From assembly GCA_040954595.2 (NCBI GenBank), contig CM082597.2, positions 3,440,014 to 3,504,013 on the forward strand: a stretch of DNA of 64,000 nucleotides, given 5' to 3'. This stretch comes from Balanoglossus misakiensis (lineage: Eukaryota; Animalia; Hemichordata). The notes under the pieces are model-generated. The model saw nothing but the letters and a program-made list of their open reading frames with translations. It was not told the origin of the DNA and made no database searches. Position 1 is the first letter of the stretch, and every line of letters begins with the position of its first letter. This document shows positions 27,876 to 40,130 of this stretch, piece by piece. A program made the position numbers and the translations under genes.

Positions 27876-30800
27876 CTGAGGTTTGGCAGGGAAAAGTACA
27901 TTAAAGTTTGTGCTATCTTCCAACGGTTCAATACATCCTCTTATATGAAACCCAAAGGGATTGGATATTGAGTGTTGAGTGCAAATCTCCTTAAAATTTT
28001 TAGTATTCCTGATAAAAGTTTCCAAGAGGGATCTGCACGACCGCCATTAAGAAAAAAAACAAATTCAACCCCCATCACCACCACCAAAACCAAAACCACC
28101 ACCACCAGAAAGATGGTATTTGCTGTTGGCTTTCTCATTACTAAATTACACCATTGCCATTGCTGGCATCATAAACATTCTATTTCATTAAACGTACCTT
28201 GCGTAAAGGGTAGCATCGCAAGAACAAAGTTAACGATCATAGTTTTACAGGACAAAGGTGTAACACTCTGACCTCATAACTGTTCATGGTCTGTAATTAA
28301 ACCCGTTCTCACACACACGCGTACCATTTTTAGTTCACTTGATATGAGCTTCTCGGTATTTGCCCCTGTAAGTTTCGTATGCAATTACTTCTTGCTTTCG
28401 GTGCGCTGAGCGTGGTCAATAACTCGGAGTGTTAACAGCATCGTAACTTGGTTTACGCGTTCTTACATGCCATTCCCTGGGTTCTAAATCAAACCCCCAT
28501 CAAACATACTGATTCCATTGAAATAATCGCAGTAAGTGTAAATACAGAGTTCTCCTCTCCACAAACATAAGCCAATTCAGACCCAGTTATCATGAACGCT
28601 TTCACCTTCCTCATCATAAACGTGGCCAGAAATTGACTCATTTACTTTTGAGTTTTACTAGACAGTAATCACATCAACAACGTTGTCTCTCAACTCACTA
28701 GAGAAGAGAGCAGCCCCAATACTTGGTCACTTCTGTCTTACATGTTAAGTGCCGCATGTCATGGTGACATTACAAGTTGTGTTACATTTGGAAAACATTC
28801 CCAGAACAGGATGAGAGTAGTATATCTTTTGTGCACATGGCCCAACTGACTTCATTATTCAAACAGTAGTCTACAACATTCCTGCCAATTTGAAAACTTG
28901 CCAAATTTGCTATCCATATTGAAATATGCACTAGAGTCCTTGTATTGAGAGAGTGAAAACTGGACAACATGAGCAAATGGTATTCATACAGTCTACACTG
29001 TACATTGCATATTCTTCGGGATGGATTGTACACAACCGGTATAGGGCACGTTATACAAGGGTGTGTATATTAAATAAAGGATTTTGAAAAATACCGTTCA
29101 TTAAAAGCACAACGTGACCTTTTGTTTTTTGTCTTGGACCTTAAAAAGATGATAAACGGTGATGAAAACCCACACAGTTACTCATGTCAAATCATCGCTC
29201 ATTTTTTATGATGAAAGATAAGCTCTGATGTATATTAATCGCGTATGGTGGAAACACTTAATGGCAATTTTTATATAAGTATGCCTCAGGCAAACCAACT
29301 GATGATTTATGTACAGTATGTGACCAGCTTCTGTGGCAGCTAATTGAAATGGTTTTCTCGTTCTCTGAAAGTATGGAAGAGGGCGTCATAGTGGCGACCG
29401 GAAACAACATCGCCGATGGAGACACTAGTCGCTCGGACGATTAACATAATAGAGGCCATCTTTAGCAGAGAAACAAAATCTCCCCTTAAATGCAAGTCGT
29501 AAAAACTGAAACTATTCACGCCGGGTTTGGATAAGTGTTGGATAGTGCAGGTCGTTGAATTATGTCATTTTGCTGCAGAGGATGCTAGTTAGGGAAGAAC
29601 CATTTGATTTCTGGAGGGGGGGGTGAGAATGTGGGTATATCAGGATTTTTTCAGCCACTGCTGCAGCAATTTCTTTAATTGCTAGCCCACCTTTTTAATC
29701 AAGGCATTGCAGAAGCAGATTATTTTTCTTCCAAACTATCTGCCAACATCCCCCAAACTCTCCATCCACCCTCCCCAGAAATAACATGGTTCTCCCCTTA
29801 GCTGCACAACTTGGCGCCTCCTGTCGAAGGCAAAAGATACATTTTCTGCCACCTGTTTGGCGGTAAAATAGATTCCCGATAAGGGCGCGAATAACTCGTT
29901 AGGTGGTAGAAAAAAAATCAATAATTCCATGCCCCCATCTGTGACTCACAACCACTTGGTTATTCGCACCCTGTCTTTCACTTGAAGGCGGACGAACTTG
30001 TATATACATGCGGGGCAACCAATAAGGGACAGTGGAAGATGGGACAAGAACAATCGATTCTCCATTAATTTCCAATTTCCTTCGAGCCCTGCGCGGGCAA
30101 TTAGAGCGTTCTAGTGAAACCCATCATATATTGGTTCCATTGGGGGATATCTTTAGATATTATGAATCTCCTAGCTACTTTGTGCGGGCTGGTTTCAGCA
30201 CTAATGAACAGCATCTTATGAATGTAAAGCGGGATGATAATAGTATGGACGAACACACATTCGATACTCTAAGCCTGCACATGATTACAAAGTTTATTCC
30301 ATGCGCTATTACCCGTCAACACCATGGCGATTAAGTAGCTATATGTAAATATATCTCAAATAAGTATTTGCATGTCTGATGTTGATATTATGTCCATAAG
30401 GCATGTTTAGTAGTCATCATAGGATTTCATAATGTGTAAAATAGAGTTAGTCCACCCATCTATCTACCTATCTATCTACTTATCAATATATATATCTATC
30501 TATCTGCCAACCTCTCTGCCTGTCTGTCTGTACTGGTATAGATACATATATACATGCATACATACAAATCTATTACTGTCACGTTAAATAATATCTTGCT
30601 ATGTGGTTCAGATATTCACTGCGTTGATTAATATTCCCTTTGTTATGTGACAAGGCGCCGAAGGATGTAGATTGGAGTCCTACTAGAGACTCGCACATCA
30701 CTTGCCCAGTCCTTTCGTCCCGGCTGATTGCACTGGATGACGCAGTCGCTGGCAAATTTCAAGAACCCCAGAATTCTCCCCGAAGGTCTCTGAATCGCAG

Positions 30801-31589
30801 AGACCGGCGAAACGCTCAAAGCAGCCAGGGAAAGCGAGAGTGTCGACAATTCTCAGACGCAACCTTAACTCCGATTCGTTGACATCAGTGTAAGACAGGT
30901 TGCCAAAGCACGGTCCCTTGAGCGCACTGTGGATTTCAATGAAGTGTGCTTATACATGGACGCTAGTGCGAAAAACGCGATAAAAATAGCCCATACCGAC
31001 TGGATTTGTCTGTATTAAAGCTGTCGATTTCAAAATTACCAGTCTGTCAGAGCCTAATAGCCTGAACAGGGTGTCAACATCTTAAAGGCCCAGAGCCATG
31101 TCTCTGCTCACTCTCTTTTCATTATTTCATTTTTAAATAAAATGTCCTACCATGTTAGTGTACTCACTGGGAATATTGGTCTACTTATTTTAGTTATACA
31201 AAACAGCTATGAATAAATTTAAGCGACAACAACCAAATGCTTGATCATATTATTATTATTAAATTAAAAAAAAATATAATATGGCAAAGAAACCCTCTGT
31301 TAATTGCTATTTTGTATTGGCCTGTTATTATTTGTTGTGATGGGGGCGCTGTTCAAAGTGAGAATCGTAGTCAAACTGATTCAAGTTCTACATTAATAGG
31401 TCGGTGCATGCTTGGGGGCAGGTTAGAGTCAGCACGCCAGTAAAATTTAATGACATACTGTGAAATAAAAAATGTATGAAAATCCTGTTCCTTGGGATTG
31501 AATTAGACCAAAATCTCTTGAATCCTATTAGTCATTTATAGCTGTATTATCTTGACGTTTAGGTCATCGTTGAATTATCCTCTCTTAAA

Positions 31590-31862
31590 ACTGAGACCGA
31601 AAATTGGGGCCACCATGCTTGATTTCTTATAGAGAGTACAATATCTCTCATTTAGAATTCAAAATGGCCGCCAATCTCTGTGTTGATTCTAAATGGAGAT
31701 GAATTAAAGTTATGGCTTTTATGGAAACAAGAATGCGAAGACAGTTCGGTTCTTAATCTAAAAAAAGACATTTAAAACATCAATATATTAAAGAATTAGG
31801 GGATTAGGAGGGCCCAGGGTTTTTTTCTGAAAATCTTGTCTCTTAGGTGCGTACTACCTTAA
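31590..31862. mobile_element. MITE fragment (AAAATGGCCGCC family) ending AGGTGCGTACTACC|TTAA
   Basis: Core gaattcaaaatggccgccaatctctgtgttgattct matches the reverse complement of 36361-36400. Ends at TTAA. Confidence 0.55.
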
Positions 31863-32941
31863 AAGGAAGATCAACACAAGCCTTCATGAATCGGCACCAT
31901 TATCTAAATCACGAATAAGACAATCCGATGTAGGCGCCACAGTGTAAATGATCATGGATTTTCACTCACGTCTGAGAAATCATACCACGGATGCATGTTA
32001 TTGTTTTTGACAAAGGGACAACAGAGTCAAGGACAAAGTGCTCCCGTTTGACGAAAATTATCACGTACACTTCTGACGTCTACAATTTCAACATAAGGAA
32101 AAACGCCCTTGAACCCTGTCAACAAAGTATTAAAACAATCCGACAGTTTTTTCTTACATGCATAAAAACATGCATACATGCATCAACCCAACATCAATAT
32201 GTCGTCTTTAGCGGAATGTTTATCACAAATGTGTGACATTTTTTACCTCAATAACAACAAGGATATGATTATTTCAAAAAACTGGTGAGCTCTCCCCTAC
32301 TGTACTGCAACAGTGTTTTCATTTACTGAGAAAACATTTTGCATGTTGTCGCCAAAACTGCAACTAAGATTTTAGAAGCAAAGCAATTGTCCATTACAGC
32401 TGACTTATGTTCCTGCATATGCACCACCACCGTGCATTGGCACAGAGATATATAGAAATATTAGTACCAGGCTTCGAAAATGTTTACATATGCAAGAAGA
32501 TGGCCGCGCATAGCAACGAGTCGGATCCACCTGAATGCCTCCATCGTTACAGAGACGCATGGCTCCAGCTACGCCTGTTGCAACCATGTCGAGCGATCCC
32601 CTTTGGGAACGGCGATCACATCTGCACCGCAATATCTCTTGTTAAAGGACTTCAGAAAGTGTTCAAGAGAACAGGCTGACAAATTGCTGCATTCTTTCCA
32701 GTTGATTCACACCGAAAGTGGAATTTCTCCGCTTGGATTGACTTTGTACCATTGGAAACGGTCAAGCATAACATATTGTGCGTGTCTAGATGTACGTTTG
32801 ACTGCGTGTCCTGAAATGGTCGCATGGTGTAACAAGAAAGCTTGAAATGAGGCGGTGCAGTGTCGCGTAAAAATCGCGAAGAAAAAGTAGTCGACACCAC
32901 CACTTTTTTATAATACGTCTGTCAAAATGGGGTTTGTTGGC

Positions 32942-32946
32942 GAGAG

Positions 32947-32980
<34 letters not shown>

Positions 32981-33060
32981 ATAGTGAGCGAGAGAGAGAG
33001 AGAAGACAGGGAGATTAAACAGATTCAGAGAGAGAGAGAGGGGGAGGGATGGAGGGGGAA
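32942..33060. repeat. (GA)n/(TG)n compound microsatellite
   Basis: Direct reading. Confidence 0.9.
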
Positions 33061-33118
33061 ATTACACAGGCCCACAGGCACTAACACGCAGACATAAATA
33101 TAACTCAGACACAGTTAC

Positions 33119-33300
33119 CATGGGCATTTTAGACAAATCAAACAGATGCTTTTGTTTCCAGCAGGATTTCAAAGAACAGATAGCGTCTAATATTATTTTG
33201 TAATTTGTGAAAGAAGAGACAAGCATCACACGAAAGTCATGCACCGAGCGAGGTCTGATTTTGTCCAACCGTGGACGAAATGGAACAAGACTACACTGCT
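33119..33300 (-). other. Candidate first exon ending ATG CCC ATG| (5' boundary approximate)
   Basis: aaaATGCCCATG|GTAACT followed by GT-rich intron-like sequence. Confidence 0.3.
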
Positions 33301-34152
33301 CAATTAAAAGATCACTGCAAAGCGAGTGTAAAATTATACACCCATTGGATTAACCTCACATGAAATTCAAAGCCCTCGGCGTGTGATGTTTACAGAAATC
33401 GATGGTCTGCGACAATGCGCGCCATGCGTGTAGTCATGGATCTGCCGCAACGGGTCGAATTGTCCAAAGTAACAAAATAGGGCAGTGCATTCGAGTAATT
33501 TAATTGGGCAAACTTCTCGTTCCATCGTTAATCACCCAGACGCTACCCTGGAGAAGTACTTGCTGAATCTTTAATTGTGAATACATCGCGGCCGTTCTAG
33601 TCCTCATAAGATTCAATTTCCCTATCAGGTACTCGGGATCACCCCTGAATCGTGGTAAAGCAATGCACTGTGGGTAATAGTTGAACCATACAGAGCTCAA
33701 CGGAAAACAATATGTAGAATGCCGTATGCCTTTGGGAAAGGTTGCCAAGTTCCCAAGCCCCAAATTCACACTGACAGATGATACGAAACAAAGGACAAGA
33801 ACATCATCAAATTTCCCTAGGAGCGAGATTAAATGACAAAGTCCTTCCTTGACATTCAGGGATAAAAACTAGTAAGAAGATACGATCTTTACATTAATTA
33901 TTGAATATGTACAATCGTAGATTAATGCCGTTTCTATACGTTGAAGATTTTAGAAGCTCTTCTACATATGCATTATTAAAATCCATATTATAATTTAATG
34001 CGTATAATGCGTGCGCATTGTGCATGATGCATAAAGTCAAGCTAACATCGTTTGTTCACATAGTCTAAAATAATTTGAATTAATGTATACCAGTAATATT
34101 TGTTAAATTCAGGCGCAAGTGCATGTACGTATCAATACATACTAGAAGATTC

Positions 34153-34168
34153 ATACATACCAGTACAT

Positions 34169-34223
<55 letters not shown>

Positions 34224-34227
34224 TACA
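34153..34227. repeat. (TACA)n(CA)n microsatellite
   Basis: Direct reading. Confidence 0.95.
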
Positions 34228-35312
34228 TGGTACACACAGTCTAAAATCATTGACATAAAGGACAAGCTCACAAGACTAGATCAATATTTCATCATTTTGT
34301 TAATGTTACTACATTTTAGTGTCTACATATCCCGCCTAAGAGCTTTACGCCCACATATCTAGGCAGTATTCAGTGGCGCCAAGGGCAGTCTGTTGGGTTT
34401 AGTACAAATTGTAGCCAGGAGATGTATGTATTTCGTGCTTAAAGCAACAGTTCTCTCTTTAGAAATCCAGTCTTTAAAGTCAACAATATACACGGTTGTC
34501 TGTATGTAGCTTTGACATTACATTGTCTGAAGAAACTAAATGTTCTGTGTTTTAGTGTGCATGTACTATTTGATATCACAAATATTTGAAACTTGTATAG
34601 TTTAGGTATATATTACCATTTACTGCCATGTCATCTTTTTAATAGACAACCTGTAATAAATCTTTATATATGGTATCATATATTTTATCTACATGTGTGT
34701 TTTGTATTTCGGTCGTCTGGAATTTATTCCTATTACACTCTCAAACAGATAACGGCTTCATCTAAACTGACAATCACAGCAGCTATAAGCAAACAGAGCA
34801 AAACACTAAAACTATATTTACAGTATTAAGAATCTCTCTGTCATTCGAGCTGATGCCTACGTGATCAATATTCATATACAAAACTAGAGAGTTTGCTTAG
34901 TGTAGAAGGAATATAGCAGAATATGAGAAGAAATGTTTGACATTTCTTGGTCAATTGGCATTCCATTGCACTAATGATTACTGAGTCCTGAAGGTTTGCT
35001 ATGCCTCTATTGAAGAAACGCAGTCGACATCAAATAAGAAGACATCACGTTCAGAGCATACCAATGGACATTGTCACACTGAGGTGGAACTCGTTATTTT
35101 CGCACAGAGAAAAAGGGTATTTGCAACACCAGAGAACAGAAGTTTCTTGTCACTTTGGGGCATCCAGAGTGATCTCTAAGCAACGACGTAATCAACCGAG
35201 GTTATCTGTAATTTGAAAAGCCAGGAAGACCATCCAAGTGTTGCACCATCCCGGGGTGACTTCAATTGACAAGCAATTTTAATCAGCTATTTAGCACGTA
35301 GCGAGTTCTTAC

Positions 35313-35370
35313 CGCCTCGAATCAAAAGGCCCGCACAGGTAACCCCTTTGCTCGAAGAAATTGCAGCCAT
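35313..35370 (-). other. Candidate start exon MAAISSSKGVTCAGLLIRG (phase 1)
   Basis: ATG at 35370 is open to the donor GCG|GTAAGA at 35313. Confidence 0.25.
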
Positions 35371-36329
35371 ACAAGTTGTAACAAGAAAGCTCCAGTGAAT
35401 GCAAGTCGCAGGCCGTTACCGTAAAAAAAAAACACAAATTGAGTCCTTTCATTCCTGTGCTAGGGACTACTGGAACACACTGATAACATGAACATTTTGA
35501 TTTAAAAATGTCAGCTGGTGAATTCTTCAGCACAGTCAGAAACCACTATTCATTCGGCTCGCCCACGACATTTTTTTCTGATTGCAAATTCAACAAGGGT
35601 TCCAGGTGGGTGAAAGCAATCTTTTCTTTTCGCCTATCCAAGAATGTTATTGAAGACACGGCGGCTTATTCATTTCAGAAATAACAAAAAAAATGCAACA
35701 TCAAATCCGATATGTAGAAAGATTGCACATGTCGTCGAACTTTTAAGAAATTTTCCTACACAAAGGCGATTATATATGTACATGAATACAGCTTAGATAT
35801 AAAATTCCATTTCACCATTGAATACAGCATCACCAAGGAAATGTAGAAATCAAGCCTTTGTCATCGATATGTGAAACGCAAATCTCTAATTTTTTCGAAG
35901 GAATCCTCAATTTTCTAAATCAGATACATGTATTAGAGTGATAACAACAAAATTAAACGTGGGAACAGAACAGAATTTGATTCTCCCCGCTTGATTCTGC
36001 ATCATTAGCACATGTCGTGATGTAAACCACTGTTTCCACAAGTCATGACAGATTCACTCAGGTGTAAAATTATCGACGTGTTTCCTTGCGATGACTATTG
36101 TTTCCCTGGAAACCGCTTTATCCTTGACACATGTGAGCGCCCCGCGTGATGCATATACAGTTTGCAATTTATCGCAAAAGCTGCATTATTTCAGTCCCTT
36201 TCTGAATGCCTTCAGTTCTGTAATAGTTTTGGATTTTTTGCTGCTCATTACACTGATAATTTTACTTTTTACAGGCCTACATGGTTCATCACATTTTAGT
36301 TTACTATTAATTTTGATTGTGTGTGTGTG

Positions 36330-36540
36330 TTTTCATAAAAAATCACTCCTTTATATTTTCTCCAGAGAATTAACACAGAGGCGGCCATTTTGAATTTCAA
36401 ATTTGAGACAATTTCGCTCTCATTTAAATTTTGGCACACTGATATTAAATTATACTCTCAATTGTAAGAGACAATAATCTAAAATTTTCTTGAGAAAAAT
36501 AGGAGAAAAAGTTTAGGACTTGGAATTTCAAGGCACATAC
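36330..36540. mobile_element. Second copy of the AAAATGGCCGCC MITE family, opposite orientation (boundaries approximate)
   Basis: aattaacacagaggcggccattttgaattt is the reverse-complement match of 31655-31695. Confidence 0.55.
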
Positions 36541-37536
36541 AAACAAGTGTGGGTGTCTTGTTGTTGCCAATGTTCTTCTGTACCATCTGTCGTTCTCAAT
36601 ATCAATTTCACATTTGTGTAAAGACTATGATTAAAGCGGACAAATGAATTCAAGTTCTTGTTTGACCTGCACTTATCAACCACATCAAGTGCTTAATGGA
36701 CAAATCAGCTAAATACTGCAATTTCACCATGGTTAAGACAGTCAAAGAAGAATGTGCAGTTGACATGTATAAAACAATATTGAAACAAGATAGCCACAGA
36801 ATTGTAAACAGGTGTGTGTCCATAGACCGTGAGAAAAGGTGCTCACGATTTAGCAAAGTGATTTACATTAACGATTGGTTGGTCTTAACACTTGCATTCA
36901 TGCAAACCCATGAAACTAACTCAAAACTATCGACACTACAATTTAATAACATGGTGACCAATGACCAAGACATGGTATGTTTGTTCTGGCGCCTTGTCAG
37001 ACATTATATGAGGAAATAAAGAGATTAACTATCATAGTTGCACGTATCCTAGAGAAAACTATGCGACCTAGTACAGTTAATTTTATTAGTGGAGAACTAA
37101 GGAAGCAACCAGACAAACAGCACCCTAGCTAGCAATTAGGGTTAGGAAGACCCAGTTATGATTTATTGCAAACAGATGAATTATATTTTATAGCCCATGC
37201 ACATTATCGAATATTTGCATCTTAGTTTGGGTCGTGAAAATTGCTTTGGAGATATACACAGTGCATCATTATGATCGAACTAGAAACACAATCAACGCTC
37301 TTATGATCACACACTGGAACTACATGGGAGTATTTCAACAAACACAAAAGTCTACTTCAATGCTTATAGTTTATTCCCTATTTTAACGAAAAATTTAATT
37401 AACTGTCAACAGTGTCTATCATGCATGCCTTAACAAGCCCAGAGAACGACACATAATCTGATTAAAATGCAATGTGTTTTATCGACATTACATGACGTCA
37501 CATTATAATTGCACGATACATAGATACCGCACAAAT

Positions 37537-37618
37537 GTACATACATACCGGGTACATACATACATACCGGGTACATACATACATACATACATACATACAT
37601 ACATACATACATACATAC
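37537..37618. repeat. (TACA)n microsatellite with two TACCGGGTA interruptions
   Basis: Direct reading. Confidence 0.95.
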
Positions 37619-38605
37619 AAAATTACAAGTAATCTAATGTGACAAACTCGACCTGCTGATAACAAGTTAACTGACATGGAACTATTAATAACTAGGACAT
37701 TGAACTTGTATTACTGCCCCTGTGCACTGATTACTGAGTACAAAACAGCTCCTCTGGTGTTAATTAAATTTTCCCAATGCGCGTCTCGCACATCTTACAG
37801 CTCTCTGAGAATGTATTAGTTCAAGCAAACGCAGCCACGGCGCCGTCGTCTTCAATTAATCGTCTGTTTTCCCTAACCGGGTTCGCCTGCCTACCAATGA
37901 CGTATGTGTGTACGTGCGCGTTACCTGGAGGCGCATTCAGAATTTCTTTCTCCGAAACACTGATCATTGACCAAATTTGAATTGCGGCGATCCTATCGTC
38001 CTATTCTATTTTGTTGTAGTCATTGTGTTTTTGTTATTTCCCTTTTCTCCAGGAATACATTGCACTGTGGCTCAACTCTAAATCATACAAGAGACAGCCA
38101 TGCTAGCTTCTATAGTGGTACAAATTAAATGCATATATGACAATCCCCCTCTAAGCCAGACCATTGTAATGTTTGTCATTTCAGATGAGAATGGCTGAAT
38201 ATTTTTAGAATTTTATTGCTCATGAAGATTAGTATTGAAGGTGGGGATATGCATCTCCGCACGTTGTCAGATAATGATGCAACTTGACCCGCCCAATTTG
38301 TTGTGCTCGGCAGTAATTGAAAGAACGGTCCATCAATCGCGCAGTCTCTTGCAAGACGTGGTATATCAAATGACGAATGAAAGTCTGACATTCAGGAGAG
38401 CATTACATTACCTTGTGTCTATGGAGTCTGTTCTAAGAAGATGTGTGTAGCACTATGTTTTTATAGATGAACCCCCTCTCCCTCTGTGCCTTAGTTGGTA
38501 AATTCCATATTCTCACAACCACAGAGAGTGGATTTGCATTATTTATACACACACAGTAGTATGGGCTTCACCATGGAAACTATAGTGCTCAATGTCCAGT
38601 AACAG

Positions 38606-38732
38606 AGCATATATTATATACAAGGATAAGCAAGTTAGAAAGTGAAACTTTCTCGCTAGTGTAGCCTGAAATCTGAGTAATGAGAAAGTTTCACTTTCTG
38701 ACTTGCTTATACTTGTGTATATATATTATGCT
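38606..38732. repeat. ~50-bp inverted repeat with 27-nt spacer (hairpin MITE-like)
   Basis: agcatatattatatacaaggataagcaagttagaaagtgaaactttctc pairs with gagaaagtttcactttctgacttgcttatacttgtgtatatatattatgct. Confidence 0.9.
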
Positions 38733-39964
38733 TTTCTATATTAGGCTACTTCACAACGACCTACTCATAATTACCTTTAATAGCGCGAAAATACAAGACC
38801 AGAGTCTTGTTGACAAATTACCCTAACATAAATTTTCCAGGGGCCCTTGATTTTACAAATTTAAGAGTTAAGTGAACGTCCCTGTGCTGTAATAAAGATT
38901 TCTTTGCCATCAATAACGTGTGTTATATCAACACTGAGCTGAAAGCCGACTGTTTTTGCTATCATGAAATTTGCATTGTAGTGTTTGAGACGGCATGGGG
39001 AGTAGTGTGAACTGTAACTGCACCTCTGGGGAGAAATGTGAGAAGAGAGACGCAGTACGTTTACAGAAGTGTATCAATACACACAGCATGTTTTGTAAAC
39101 CCCCTGTGCTGTGCAGTGAATGTTTATCAGTGCCCAAGTAGAAAGGAATATTCCACTGATTGATTGATGAACAGGTAATATCATGCAAGATCGACTGAAC
39201 GACTTTTATATTTTACTGCTGGTCAGAATAAAGGTAAAAATGATTAGATATTAACATTTAAATCGGTGTACTTTCTTTTGTCGTGCGCCAATATTATTTT
39301 ATTGCTCTGCTCTTGCAAGTATGATGAACCGTGTAAATGTCTGACATGAAATATGTCTTTCCACCTGTACACAGCTGCTGTTAGTGAGACTGTTTCTTGA
39401 CTGATATATTTCTCTGTTACTGGTAAAATATATAGCACACGCAATTTTGCTAACCGTGTACGTCACACGCCTAGCAGTCAGTGTGAGATGCTGAAAATAT
39501 TTCTGCGGAGGTAAACTGAATTTAAAGTAAAATGCCGGAAGATGATCTGGAAAAGCGAGTTTTGGTACTTTATCTTTGAATTAGGAAAGTGGCTATTCGT
39601 GTTCAGAAGTGCTAATACATCAAATTGACAGGTAAGGGTGGGCAGTGATGTCGTAAGAATATTTCCCAAGCCTAGAAGGCAAGGGAGTTGAATTCAATTG
39701 AACGCAATAATCGCGTGTGCTGTATATCACGGATCAAAATATGTCACCATTCACAGCGCATGTACCTAACAGATGAAAGCGCGAATTTTTGCTCCGCATC
39801 ACTGTAGTCATGGTAACCTTATGATAACTTGTAGTTGGCAAAGCAAGTATGATGTACAAAGTAAGATTATCCGGCACTGCAAGGCGGCGCGACGTGACTT
39901 ATCAGATAATATGCATGCATGCATATAATATGCATGCATGCATATTACATACATGGGTCATCTC

Positions 39965-40130
39965 TGTATGTATCTATTTAGGTCTGATGTATGTATGTAT
40001 GTATGTATGTATGTATGTATACATGTATGTATGTATGTATACATGTATGTATGTATGCAGGTATGAATGTATGTATGTATGTATGTATGTATGTATACAT
40101 ACATACATCAAACCTAAATAGCTACATACA
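39965..40130. repeat. (TATG)n microsatellite enclosed by 36-bp inverted arms
   Basis: 39965-40000 versus the reverse complement of 40095-40130 shows 2 mismatches. Confidence 0.9.
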
